Assembly (NCBI GenBank): GCA_001795735.1
Contig: MGKQ01000020.1
Location: 52,050 to 116,049, forward strand
DNA length: 64,000 nucleotides
Source of the DNA: Candidatus Yanofskybacteria bacterium RIFCSPLOWO2_02_FULL_41_13
GTDB lineage: Bacteria; Patescibacteriota; Minisyncoccia; 2-02-FULL-40-12; GWA2-44-9
Reading direction: 5' to 3'
Below, one piece after another: positions 9,234 through 18,100 of this stretch. The position numbers and the translations under genes were made by a program. The notes under the pieces are model-generated. The model searched no databases and was not told the origin of the DNA. It worked only from the letters and a program-made list of their open reading frames with translations. Positions within the stretch are counted from its first letter, which is position 1, and each line of letters starts with the position of its first letter.

Positions 9234-11831
9234 ATGAAGTTTGAAGCAATAAAAGAACCATTCTGGTCAATGTCCGTTGAGGAGACTCTGCGGACTCTTG
9301 AAACACGGTTGGAGGGACTGACTGAGGAAGAGGCCAAAAATCGTCTAGGCGATTTTGGTCCTAATGAAATAAAAGACGGTAGGAGCTTCTCTGCTCTAAA
9401 GCTATTTTTAAACCAATTCAGGAGCCCCCTAATCTTTGTCCTTATATTTGCCGGCATTGTTACTATATTTCTTCAGGACTGGATCGATACCTTCGTAATA
9501 TTCGGGGCGGTTATGATTAACGTTGCATTAGGATTTTATCAGGAGAACAAGGCGGAGAATGTTCTCGAGCTTTTAAAATCTTACGTTAAAACAAGAACTA
9601 GGGTGCGGCGTTCTGGCCGAGAAGAGATAGAGGATGCTTCAAAGATCGTGCCGGGAGATATTATTCGGATAAGCCAAGGTGACAAAACTCCGGCTGACGG
9701 CAGAATTATATTTGCCAGTAATTTCGAAGTTGATGAGTCCATTCTTACCGGCGAGTCTCTTCCGATAGAAAAAAATATTAATACTCTTGACCCCAGTACG
9801 CCTCTAAGCGACCGAATCTCGATGGTTTTTGAAAGCACGCTTGCCGTCCATGGTTTTGCCGATGTTGTTGTTACTTCAACCGGCGCTAGTACTGAATTTG
9901 GAAAGATTGCTGCCCTTATCTCTAAAAAACAAAAAACAAAAACACCGCTTCAGATAGCTATCTCAAGATTTTCTTTTTGGGTCGGCATTATCCTGCTTGT
10001 AATGACCATCATTCTGTTCGGTTTTGGAATCTATCTTAATTATGATCCGCTGGATATGTTCCTGATCTCTGTTGCAGTTGCCGTTTCAGCAGTTCCGGAA
10101 GGTTTGCCCATCGCTTTGACGGTAATAATGGCTATAGGCGTCGAGCGGTTAGCCAGAAGAAAGGGTGTAGTCAGAAAGCTTCTTGCCGCTGAGACTCTTG
10201 GTTCGACAAGTCTGATACTTACCGACAAGACGGGTACTTTAACTGAAGCAAAAATGGAACTTACAGGAGTAATTCCATATAAAGGATCTTCTCAGGAAGA
10301 GGTTAGTCAGCTGTTATCCGAAGCCCTTACTACGGTAGATGTGGTTATTGAAAACCCCAATGACAATTCGGCTGATTGGCGGATGTTCGGCAATGTTATG
10401 GAGATGGCTTTAGTCCGCGGAGCGGCGCAAAAGAATATTTTTATAAATAAAATTCATGAGGAAATTCCTGTTTATGACCGGCTGGCTTTCAGTTCTGACC
10501 GTAAATTTGCGGCCTCTGTTCATCTCCACAATTCTAACCGCAGGATGATGCTTCTGGGGGCGCCAGAAATTTTAATTAATCACACTAATCTTTCAGATGA
10601 AGATAAAAAAGAAGTTCTCAGTGAAATAGATGAAAGGGCTTTTAGCGGAGAAAGGATATTGGGCGTTATCTCGGTTGAACCGGCTCCGAGCTATGAAAGT
10701 CTTAAGACGTGTGAGGTGAATAATTTTAATTTTGACGGGCTGATAGTCTTTAGGGATCCTTTACGGCCCGGAGTATTTGATTCCATGAAGAGGATAAGTG
10801 ATGCCGGTGTAAGGACAATAGTTGTTACAGGCGATCACAAGGGAACCGCCGAAGCCGTGGCTCGTGAACTTGGTCTGATCGACGGCAAGGGAGCAGTTCT
10901 GACCGGTAATGATATCAATAATTTAAGCAAAGAAGAGCTCTGGTCCAGGGCTGACGAGGTAAGTGTCTATGCCCGGGTTACGCCGGAACAAAAAGTTTCT
11001 ATTGCCAAACTTTATCAGGAAAAAGGAGAAATAGTAGCCATGACCGGAGACGGTGTTAATGATGCCCCCGCTCTCAATGCGGCCAATATCGGAGTTGCTT
11101 TAGGCTCTGGTACTGACGTGACTAAAAGTGCGGCAGATCTGGTTATTCTCGACAATAATTATGAAACAATTGTCGTGGCCATAGAACAAGGAAGGAGGAT
11201 ACTCGACAATATAAGAAAAGTTATTGTTTACCTCCTGTCTAATTCCCTAGACGAACTTTTTCTAATCGGTGGCTCCATGCTTATGGGGATCGCTCTACCT
11301 ATTACGGCCACTCAGATATTATTTGTTAATTTCTTCTCTGATAGCTTTCCGGCCATTGCCTTCGCTTTTGATAAGGGAGTTGATGAGTTGGGTCATAGGC
11401 CCCGAAAATCCGGTAATTTATTTGATTCTCAGATGAAATTTCTTATTTTAGCTATAGGTGCGGCTACGAGTGCTTTGCTGTTTGTTATATACTACCTACT
11501 CATTAAGGTTGGTTTTACGGAGACATTAGTCAGGACTTTTATGTTCGCCTCATTTGGCACTTATGCTCTTGTCGTCTCATTTTCTTTGCGCAGTCTTAGT
11601 AAAAGTATTTTTAGTTATAATCCATTCTCTAACCTGTATTTAGTCGGAGGCGTTTCTATAGGAATAGGACTTACCTTGGCGGCAGTTTATTTACCGTTTC
11701 TACAAAAAATATTAGGGACAGTTGCGTTACCGTTGCCGTGGGCGATCGGTGTCGGTTTAGTCGGATTATTCAATATTCTTGCTGTTGAGTTCGGCAAATG
11801 GATATGGAATAAATTGCATGGTTATAAATAA
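9234..11831 (+). CDS. Cation-transporting P-type ATPase (type II, Ca2+-like)
   Basis: LTGES, PEGL, DKTGTLT, TGDH, MTGDGVNDAPAL. Confidence 0.93.
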   Translation: MKFEAIKEPFWSMSVEETLRTLETRLEGLTEEEAKNRLGDFGPNEIKDGRSFSALKLFLNQFRSPLIFVLIFAGIVTIFLQDWIDTFVIFGAVMINVALGFYQENKAENVLELLKSYVKTRTRVRRSGREEIEDASKIVPGDIIRISQGDKTPADGRIIFASNFEVDESILTGESLPIEKNINTLDPSTPLSDRISMVFESTLAVHGFADVVVTSTGASTEFGKIAALISKKQKTKTPLQIAISRFSFWVGIILLVMTIILFGFGIYLNYDPLDMFLISVAVAVSAVPEGLPIALTVIMAIGVERLARRKGVVRKLLAAETLGSTSLILTDKTGTLTEAKMELTGVIPYKGSSQEEVSQLLSEALTTVDVVIENPNDNSADWRMFGNVMEMALVRGAAQKNIFINKIHEEIPVYDRLAFSSDRKFAASVHLHNSNRRMMLLGAPEILINHTNLSDEDKKEVLSEIDERAFSGERILGVISVEPAPSYESLKTCEVNNFNFDGLIVFRDPLRPGVFDSMKRISDAGVRTIVVTGDHKGTAEAVARELGLIDGKGAVLTGNDINNLSKEELWSRADEVSVYARVTPEQKVSIAKLYQEKGEIVAMTGDGVNDAPALNAANIGVALGSGTDVTKSAADLVILDNNYETIVVAIEQGRRILDNIRKVIVYLLSNSLDELFLIGGSMLMGIALPITATQILFVNFFSDSFPAIAFAFDKGVDELGHRPRKSGNLFDSQMKFLILAIGAATSALLFVIYYLLIKVGFTETLVRTFMFASFGTYALVVSFSLRSLSKSIFSYNPFSNLYLVGGVSIGIGLTLAAVYLPFLQKILGTVALPLPWAIGVGLVGLFNILAVEFGKWIWNKLHGYK

Positions 11832-13005
11832 AAACTATATTATCTGGTCGCTTGTATTTGTACCTATATCAGTCGGAATATTTTTTATTATTCGACAAAG
11901 CATTATTCTTAAATTAGCCAATAATGGAACTAGGGCAGAACTTTATTACGCGGCTAAACGTCTTATAAATCCGCCGGAAATAGTTAGGGCAATTTATTTA
12001 ACTTCCACGAGCGTAGCTAACGGCAATAAAATCGATAAGCTTATAGATCTGGCAAATAAAACTGAACTTAATTCGGTTGTGATAGACATTAAGGACTCTT
12101 CCGGATATATTTCTTACGATTCATCAGTGGCGGAAGCGGAAAAATACAAAACAGAATTAGTTGAGATAAAAGACATCGATGCTTTGGTTAGAAAGTTACA
12201 TGAAAATGGCATTTACGTAATAGGCAGAATGGCGGTTTTTCAAGACCCGATTTTAGCCAAAGCCCGACCCGACTGGGCGGTTAAAAACTCCTCTTTCGGC
12301 GGAACCTGGTATGACAACAGAAGACTTGCCTGGATAGATCCGGCCAATCGCAACGCTTGGCAATATTTTTCCGCTCTGGCTAAGGATGCTTTAATGGCGG
12401 GGATTGATGAAATAAATCTTGATTATATCCGCTTTCCCAGCGATGGAAATCTGGAAGCCATGGTTTTTCCGGCTTGGGAGAAAGAAAAAACCAGGTCCCA
12501 AGTTCTAAAAGAATTTTTTAAGTATATGAGAGAAGAATTAGGCAACGTCAGAATTTCAGTTGATCTTTTTGGGTTTGTAACGACAAGAACCGAAGATTTT
12601 GGAGTCGGGCAGGTGATAGAGGATGCGTTTGAATACTTTGATTACATTTCACCGATGGTTTATCCGTCTCATTATCCGCCTAACTTTCTCGGGTTTACAA
12701 ATCCAGCCGAACATCCTTATGAAGTAATTTATTATACGCTTAGTGAAGGACAAAAACGTCTGAATGAATTTCTTCAGAAAATGAACAACGAACAACGAAC
12801 TTTCCTTCGCCAAGGCTTCGGCGGGCAAGCAATGAACAGAAAACCTAAAATCAGGCCATGGATTCAGGACTTTAAACTAGGTGCTGAATATACTCAAGCG
12901 ATGGTTGAGGCCGAAATTAAAGCCACTCAAGATGCACTGGGCGACCAATATAACGGCTTTATGCTCTGGAATGCGGGGAATAATTACCATGAAGGGGTAT
13001 TTTAG
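11818..13005 (+). CDS. Putative glycoside hydrolase (DUF4015-like), membrane-anchored
   Basis: LNSVVIDIKD, DEINLDYIRFPSDG, SPMVYPSHY, RPWIQDF. Confidence 0.8.
   Translation: MVINKNYIIWSLVFVPISVGIFFIIRQSIILKLANNGTRAELYYAAKRLINPPEIVRAIYLTSTSVANGNKIDKLIDLANKTELNSVVIDIKDSSGYISYDSSVAEAEKYKTELVEIKDIDALVRKLHENGIYVIGRMAVFQDPILAKARPDWAVKNSSFGGTWYDNRRLAWIDPANRNAWQYFSALAKDALMAGIDEINLDYIRFPSDGNLEAMVFPAWEKEKTRSQVLKEFFKYMREELGNVRISVDLFGFVTTRTEDFGVGQVIEDAFEYFDYISPMVYPSHYPPNFLGFTNPAEHPYEVIYYTLSEGQKRLNEFLQKMNNEQRTFLRQGFGGQAMNRKPKIRPWIQDFKLGAEYTQAMVEAEIKATQDALGDQYNGFMLWNAGNNYHEGVF
12804..12830 (+). repeat. REP-like palindrome inserted in-frame (LRQGFGGQA)
   Basis: CCTTCGCCAAGGCTTCGGCGGGCAAGC embedded among AAYGAAC heptamers; related sequences near 44246 and 46700. 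Confidence 0.65.
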
Positions 13006-13233
13006 ATCTCAGAGACTATACCCAGACTTGGATCATTCCTCGCAAGAGATTATTACCTTTCGGTCCACGTTCGCCTTGCTCCAGCGGCAAGGCTCACTCG
13101 ATTGTCGCCGGATTTTGTCAAGGAAAGACCAATTGACAAACCAAGCAATCCGGCGACTCCATGGTCCCGAGAAGGTAATAATCTCTTGCTCGTAGCTTTT
13201 TTTATTTCCTCCCTAGGGTATAGTCTCTGAGAT
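13006..13233. mobile_element. Palindromic MITE-like element, family A copy 1
   Basis: Perfect 18-bp TIR ATCTCAGAGACTATACCC; nested stems GCAAGAGATTATTACCTT/AAGGTAATAATCTCTTGC and GTCGCCGGATT/AATCCGGCGAC. Confidence 0.75.
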
Positions 13234-13399
13234 ATTATTTTGTATTTACTGAGTAAACTCAAACGGTTTCAAAATAGGAATGGCCAGCAATTATTTTTGC
13301 TAATTTTTTAGAAAAAAGTAATGTGTTAGTGGGAGGTTAGAGATATTGATTAGAGGCGCTTATTTTACTAGAATGAGGTTATCTTAAGGCTCAATACCT

Positions 13400-15316
13400 A
13401 TGGAAAAACCAGGTTTTCTCAAAGAAAAATACAATTTACACAATACTCCCGAAGTAGATTCGGCCGCGAAAAGAACCGAAGCCAAGACCAAAGAAAAAGT
13501 CTCTCAGAAGCCAGAGGCCAGAATCCAGAACTATCTTGACCGATTAAAGCATCTTGCCCTTGATCCGGATAAAAAGCAGAAAAGAGAGATGTTTGGATAT
13601 GAACCGCGACCGCGTGCTTTATCACTGCTTCGAGAAATGGTTATGAATAAATATGTGCGTCCAAACAAAGAAAAAATGGCCGAAGGGGCGGCAAGAGTCG
13701 AAGAACGTGCGGCAAGAGAGTTGGGTATCGAAGCTCATTATGGAGAACAAGAGCTCGAACAACGCGGAGAAATCGCCGTCGAAGATTTGGAAAAATCATT
13801 GGATGAATGGATAAAATACCTATCCGATGCCAATGAGCCATATCCTATTTGGTTCAGATATTATGTTTTTCGAAATATTCTAGATCTTGGGGACTATGAT
13901 AAGGATAAAGGCGAATTTACTAAACGTTCTGAGGGGACAATCCGTCTTTTTCCAGAAGTAGACCGCGGAGCTCTTGGTTATGTTCAGGAAAGGATGGAGG
14001 CTTCTAAAGATCTCGAAGCGCTGGAACGTCTACTAAAAGCTCAAAAGACAATTGATACTCCCCAAGACCAGCTTATAACCAAAGAAAAGGCGGTTAGTTT
14101 TGCTAAGCTCTCTTTTGCTAAACAATATGCGGAAGGCATAAAACAAGCTGGAGAAATAACTTCGGAGATGCGGGAAGAAAAAGGGGGCAAGTGGGTAAAA
14201 TATCAGAAAGGGACGGATCCTACGGCATTGTGGGCATCTCTCCAGAACAAGGGTACCGCCTGGTGTACTAAAGGATTTGCTACAGCAGAAACTCAACTCA
14301 AGAGCGGTGATTTTTATGTCTATTATACCAACGATAAACAAGGCAAACCAACAATTCCACGCATAGCCATCAGAATGCAGGAAGATAGTATCGGAGAGGT
14401 CCGTGGAGTAGCGGACAATGATCAGAATCTCGAAGGAAATATGGCCGATATTGCTGAAAAAAAGATGGCTGAACTGCCGGGAGCAGAAAGATACCGCAAG
14501 GCTTCAGCGGATATGAAAACTCTGACTGCTATTGATAAAAAAGTAAGAAGTGGTCAAGAGCTCAAAAAGGACGACCTGATCTTCCTATATGAAATCAATT
14601 CATCCATCGAAGGCTTTGGCTATCAGAGAGATCCGCGTATTGAAGAATTAAGATCAAAAAGAAATTCTAAAGAAGACGCCCCTATAGTTTTGGATTGTAA
14701 ACCAGAAGAGATTGCCCACTCAACAGGCGATGTGGATGATAATACCAAGGCTTATATCGGCAAACTTCCGCTAGGCATTTTTGATACTAGTAATCGCAGG
14801 ATATTACCTGAAGGTGTTGAGCATATTTACACCTCATTTCCGGAAGGCAAGATCAGGAAAATGGAGGTCTTTATAGGTGGAAAATCTAAAGAAGAACTCA
14901 AAAAAGAATTGGCCATGAAGAATATTAAAGTCACTTCCTATGCCACGAGCGTGATGGATGGCAATAATTTTACCATTAAGGAAAGTTCTGAAAAACTCGA
15001 ATTGGTAAGATTAACCGTCAAAGACCTTGGTTTTTCCAATAGTGCTACGACACAGGAAATATTTGATAAAGCTAAAACTCTAGGCTTAGATCTTTGTCCG
15101 GCAGAAGTCGGACCCAACCTGAGACTTCAATATGAAAACCAGCCGCTAGGCGAATGGGTTTATGTTGCCATGAAACCAATTACCGATTCTGGCGGCAATC
15201 CGCGCGTCTTCAACTTGGTTCGCGACGTAGACGGTCTGTGGTTGCACGGCTATTGGGCCAATCCGGATAGCAGGTGGCGTCCCGGCAGTGAGTTTGTTTT
15301 CTGCCTTCGCAAGTGA
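13400..15316 (+). CDS. DGR target protein with C-terminal variable region
   Basis: Last 45 codons match the downstream TR except at TR adenines. Confidence 0.93.
   Translation: MEKPGFLKEKYNLHNTPEVDSAAKRTEAKTKEKVSQKPEARIQNYLDRLKHLALDPDKKQKREMFGYEPRPRALSLLREMVMNKYVRPNKEKMAEGAARVEERAARELGIEAHYGEQELEQRGEIAVEDLEKSLDEWIKYLSDANEPYPIWFRYYVFRNILDLGDYDKDKGEFTKRSEGTIRLFPEVDRGALGYVQERMEASKDLEALERLLKAQKTIDTPQDQLITKEKAVSFAKLSFAKQYAEGIKQAGEITSEMREEKGGKWVKYQKGTDPTALWASLQNKGTAWCTKGFATAETQLKSGDFYVYYTNDKQGKPTIPRIAIRMQEDSIGEVRGVADNDQNLEGNMADIAEKKMAELPGAERYRKASADMKTLTAIDKKVRSGQELKKDDLIFLYEINSSIEGFGYQRDPRIEELRSKRNSKEDAPIVLDCKPEEIAHSTGDVDDNTKAYIGKLPLGIFDTSNRRILPEGVEHIYTSFPEGKIRKMEVFIGGKSKEELKKELAMKNIKVTSYATSVMDGNNFTIKESSEKLELVRLTVKDLGFSNSATTQEIFDKAKTLGLDLCPAEVGPNLRLQYENQPLGEWVYVAMKPITDSGGNPRVFNLVRDVDGLWLHGYWANPDSRWRPGSEFVFCLRK
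15179..15314 (+). repeat. DGR variable repeat (VR)
   Basis: 136-bp ungapped match to 15606-15741 with 17 mismatches. Confidence 0.95.
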
Positions 15317-15372
15317 TTTTTTGATTCTTTAAATCTTTCAGAAATTTTAATTTTTTGTTTCTTTTGAAACTT

Positions 15373-15381
15373 TGATATAAT
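15373..15381 (+). promoter_or_regulatory. Extended -10 promoter, likely for the TR RNA
   Basis: TGATATAAT (TGnTATAAT) about 225 nt upstream of the TR. Confidence 0.55.
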
Positions 15382-15387
15382 TATTTT

Positions 15388-15778
15388 GGTTTGGTTAATC
15401 GGACGGCCACGGCTTTCCGAAACCATTCTAACGGATACGAGTTGAGAGCGTAGACGGTCAAGGCTTTCTGCGGAGGATTTGTATCATGTTATACAAAAAG
15501 AAAACACTTGGTGTACCATGCTGGCGGAGTCTTGCTCCCAAATAATATACAGCCCCAGCCTCTTATAAAGATTCGGCGGGCAGTGGTAATGATGGCATGG
15601 TGCACATAACCGATTCTAGCGGCAATCCGAACGTCTTCAACTTGGAACGCAACGAAGACGGTCTGTGGTTGAACGACAATTGGGCCAATCCGGATAACAG
15701 GTGGAATCCCGACAATGAGTTTGTTTTCTGCCTTCGAAAGTATCTTCTTTTCCGCATTACAAGGTGCGGTTTTTCTTT
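15388..15778 (+). ncRNA. Putative DGR template RNA (structured leader + TR + terminator)
   Basis: Promoter upstream; 12-bp stem 15511-15522/15594-15605 ending at the TR start; hairpin plus U-run at 15752-15779. Confidence 0.55.
15606..15741 (+). repeat. DGR template repeat (TR)
   Basis: All 17 differences from the VR are at TR adenines; rich in AAC/AAT codons. Confidence 0.95.
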
Positions 15779-16080
15779 TCAGGATTCTCCAGGCTTTTCT
15801 TCCAGCCACCCAACATTTTTCCAATTTCTTCCAACTTCAAAGCGATATCCCCACATTGTTTGTTTGAGATTAGCTTAGCCTCCCAAGCCACAGAAATAAG
15901 AAATTTAAGAGTGTCAGTAATCAATATACAGCCTGAAATCTTTTCCGATTTTTTATCTTTTTCGGTAAAGTAAGCTTTGTGAGAAAGTTCAAGAAGATCT
16001 ATAAATTTATTTTCAATTCGTGCACCTAATGTGTAGCGTGCACCCTTAGTAATATGCGGAACAATATTCATCCAAACCAA
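15757..16080 (-). CDS. avd: Avd-like four-helix-bundle accessory protein of the DGR; true start possibly ATG 16153 via a G-tract length change
   Basis: RYTLGARIENKFIDLLE...LKFLISVAWE...LEEIGKMLGGWKK pattern; lies between TR and RT. Confidence 0.85.
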   Translation of the reverse strand: MVWMNIVPHITKGARYTLGARIENKFIDLLELSHKAYFTEKDKKSEKISGCILITDTLKFLISVAWEAKLISNKQCGDIALKLEEIGKMLGGWKKSLENPEKKNRTL

Positions 16081-16105
16081 ATATCCCTCTTTGATTCGAT
16101 TCAGG

Positions 16106-17131
16106 ATGGAGGCACCATTGGAAGGCTGGGGGGGGGGCTTTAAAGGTGTTCATAATACATATTATGATATCATCTCTGTCCAAAATTTGCTTGTCGCATG
16201 GCAAGAATTTCTAAAAGGAAAACGTAAACGTCGGGATGTTGAGAGGTTCTCGGTTAACCTACTAGATAATATCCTAAAGTTAAATAGAGAATTGGCAGAT
16301 AAAACATACAGACATGGGGCATATCATGCGTTTAGAATAAATGATCCAAGGCCTCGCAATATCCATAAAGCTAGTGTTCGTGATCGACTTTTGCACCATG
16401 CGATTTACAGAATTTTATACCCATACTTTGATCCAAAATTTATTTTCGATTCTTTTTCTTGCCGTCGAGTAAAGGGTACACACCGGGCAATAAATAGGTT
16501 CCATAAATACTGCCGAAAGGTTTCACATAATCACACTCGAACAGTTTGGGTTTTGAAATGTGATATTAAAAAGTTTTTCGAGAATATTAACCACGGTATT
16601 TTAATGGGTATTTTGAAACGATATATTCAGGACGACGATGTCGTATGGTTGTTGGGCGGGGTTATGGATAGTTTCCATTCAAAAAGTAAACACGGCACGG
16701 GACTACCTTTAGGCAACTTGACTAGCCAATTACTAGTTAATATCTACATGAACGAATTTGACCATTTTGTAAAACGTGAGCTGGGGACACTACATTATAT
16801 TCGTTATGCCGATGATTTTATAATTATCCATGAGAGTAGAAGATATTTAGAAAACCTATTACCTAGTATCTCTATATTTTTAGAAAAACAGTTAAAGCTT
16901 CAACTCCATCCGGATAAGGTATTTATTAAAACCCTCTACTCTGGTGTCGATTTTCTTGGCTGGGTTCATTTTTCAACACATAGAGTGTTAAGAACTACGA
17001 CGAAACACAGGATGTTTAGAAACATTCAAGATAACCGCGGGAACGACAACGCCATTCAGTCTTATCTCGGTCTGATCAGTCATGGTAACGCAAGGGGCTT
17101 AGGGCGAAAGATAGAAGAATTATTGTTGTGA
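16106..17131 (+). CDS. DGR-type reverse transcriptase
   Basis: RDRLLHHA, KCDIKKFF, GLPLGNLTSQ, YIRYADDF, GVDFLGW. Confidence 0.95.
   Translation: MEAPLEGWGGGFKGVHNTYYDIISVQNLLVAWQEFLKGKRKRRDVERFSVNLLDNILKLNRELADKTYRHGAYHAFRINDPRPRNIHKASVRDRLLHHAIYRILYPYFDPKFIFDSFSCRRVKGTHRAINRFHKYCRKVSHNHTRTVWVLKCDIKKFFENINHGILMGILKRYIQDDDVVWLLGGVMDSFHSKSKHGTGLPLGNLTSQLLVNIYMNEFDHFVKRELGTLHYIRYADDFIIIHESRRYLENLLPSISIFLEKQLKLQLHPDKVFIKTLYSGVDFLGWVHFSTHRVLRTTTKHRMFRNIQDNRGNDNAIQSYLGLISHGNARGLGRKIEELLL
16128..16137. repeat. G10 homopolymer in the RT/Avd head-to-head overlap
   Basis: GGCT-GGGGGGGGGG-CTTT read directly from sequence. Confidence 0.85.
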
Positions 17132-17191
17132 CAAAAGGCAACAATGCGTCAATTATGGTAATATACAAAAATTGAGCGTGAATTTAGTAAG

Positions 17192-17324
17192 TTGAAAACA
17201 AATCAGTTAGCAGACCATCTGCAGGCGAGCGGGCGCGGTTCCGCCGTAGGCGGAGAGCGAGCCGAAGCCGAGCAGGATTTCTCGCAGGGAAATCCTGCGT
17301 GTCTGAGAACTGATTTGTTTTCAA
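17192..17324. mobile_element. Palindromic element with 17-bp TIR and internal REP-like hairpins
   Basis: TTGAAAACAAATCAGTT/AACTGATTTGTTTTCAA; internal TCCGCCGTAGGCGGA and GCAGGATTTC/GAAATCCTGC. Confidence 0.7.
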
Positions 17325-17331
17325 ATATAAT

Positions 17332-18099
17332 ATGCCCGAATTTAGTCTTACGATAACAATCTCTGCTTTTATTGCCGGAGTGCTGACATTCTTTGCGCCA
17401 TGTACCTTGCCGTTAATCCCGGCCTTCTTAGGTATCATCTCCGGTTCTAGTACAGATGAACTTCGTGATCCGAATAAATTAAAAATGATACGTGGCAGGA
17501 TTTTTAGGAATGCAATCTTTTATGTTCTTGGCTTCTCTTTAATTTTTATATTATTCGGAGTCTCGTTTACTTTTGTCAGCCAAGTTCTTGGGCTAAGAGA
17601 ATGGATTCAAGGAATCGGAGGAGTTCTAATAATTATTTTCGGGTTAGTTATTATGGGTTGGTTAAGACTTCCTTTTTTAAATCAAGAGAAGCAGGTCAGA
17701 GTCCCTCAATTATTTCAAAAAGCATCTTTTTTAAATTCCTTTTTGTTGGGCGCCTTATTTGCCATCGGCTGGTCTCCCTGTGTTGGGCCACTTCTTGGTT
17801 CGGTACTTCTTCTGGCTTCAACTTCAGGCACTATTTTGGAGGGCACTTTTCTACTTGTGGTTTTTGCGATCGGACTGGGAATACCATTTTTGGTAACCGC
17901 TTTATTGATAGGCAAAGCCTTTACGGCTTTTGGAAGATGGGGGAATGTCCTCTCGGTGATAAATAAAATTGCGGGGATATTTTTGATATTTCTGGGATTT
18001 TTACTGACAATCGGCTGGTTCAGCGCTTTTCACAATAAATTGATATTTTATTTCTACCAATTACCCTATTTCGAGGTGTTTATCAATAGGTTCCTATAA
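17332..18099 (+). CDS. ccdA: CcdA/DsbD-type transmembrane disulfide reductase
   Basis: FFAPCTLPLIP and GWSPCVGP motifs, about 6 TM. Confidence 0.88.
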   Translation: MPEFSLTITISAFIAGVLTFFAPCTLPLIPAFLGIISGSSTDELRDPNKLKMIRGRIFRNAIFYVLGFSLIFILFGVSFTFVSQVLGLREWIQGIGGVLIIIFGLVIMGWLRLPFLNQEKQVRVPQLFQKASFLNSFLLGALFAIGWSPCVGPLLGSVLLLASTSGTILEGTFLLVVFAIGLGIPFLVTALLIGKAFTAFGRWGNVLSVINKIAGIFLIFLGFLLTIGWFSAFHNKLIFYFYQLPYFEVFINRFL

Positions 18100-18100
18100 A

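Noticed and set aside
12881-13262. ORFs 12881-13195 and 13053-13262
   Set aside because: They run through the palindromic family A element; likely spurious
15317-15370. Canonical GC-rich hairpin downstream of the VR (homing cruciform)
   Set aside because: Only weak AT-rich pairing is visible; cannot be supported
15489-15824. 111-aa minus-strand ORF over the TR
   Set aside because: Antisense shadow of the TR and leader with no recognisable motif
15597-15878. 93-aa ORF resembling the target C-terminus
   Set aside because: It is the TR read in frame plus antisense avd; TRs are usually open in the VR frame and there is no independent evidence of translation
16091-17131. Group II intron, retron or CRISPR-associated RT
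   Set aside because: No maturase/endonuclease extension or cas genes; the TR/VR pair and Avd identify a DGR
17184-17438. 84-aa minus-strand ORF
   Set aside because: Overlaps the ccdA start and a palindromic element; composition reflects the repeat
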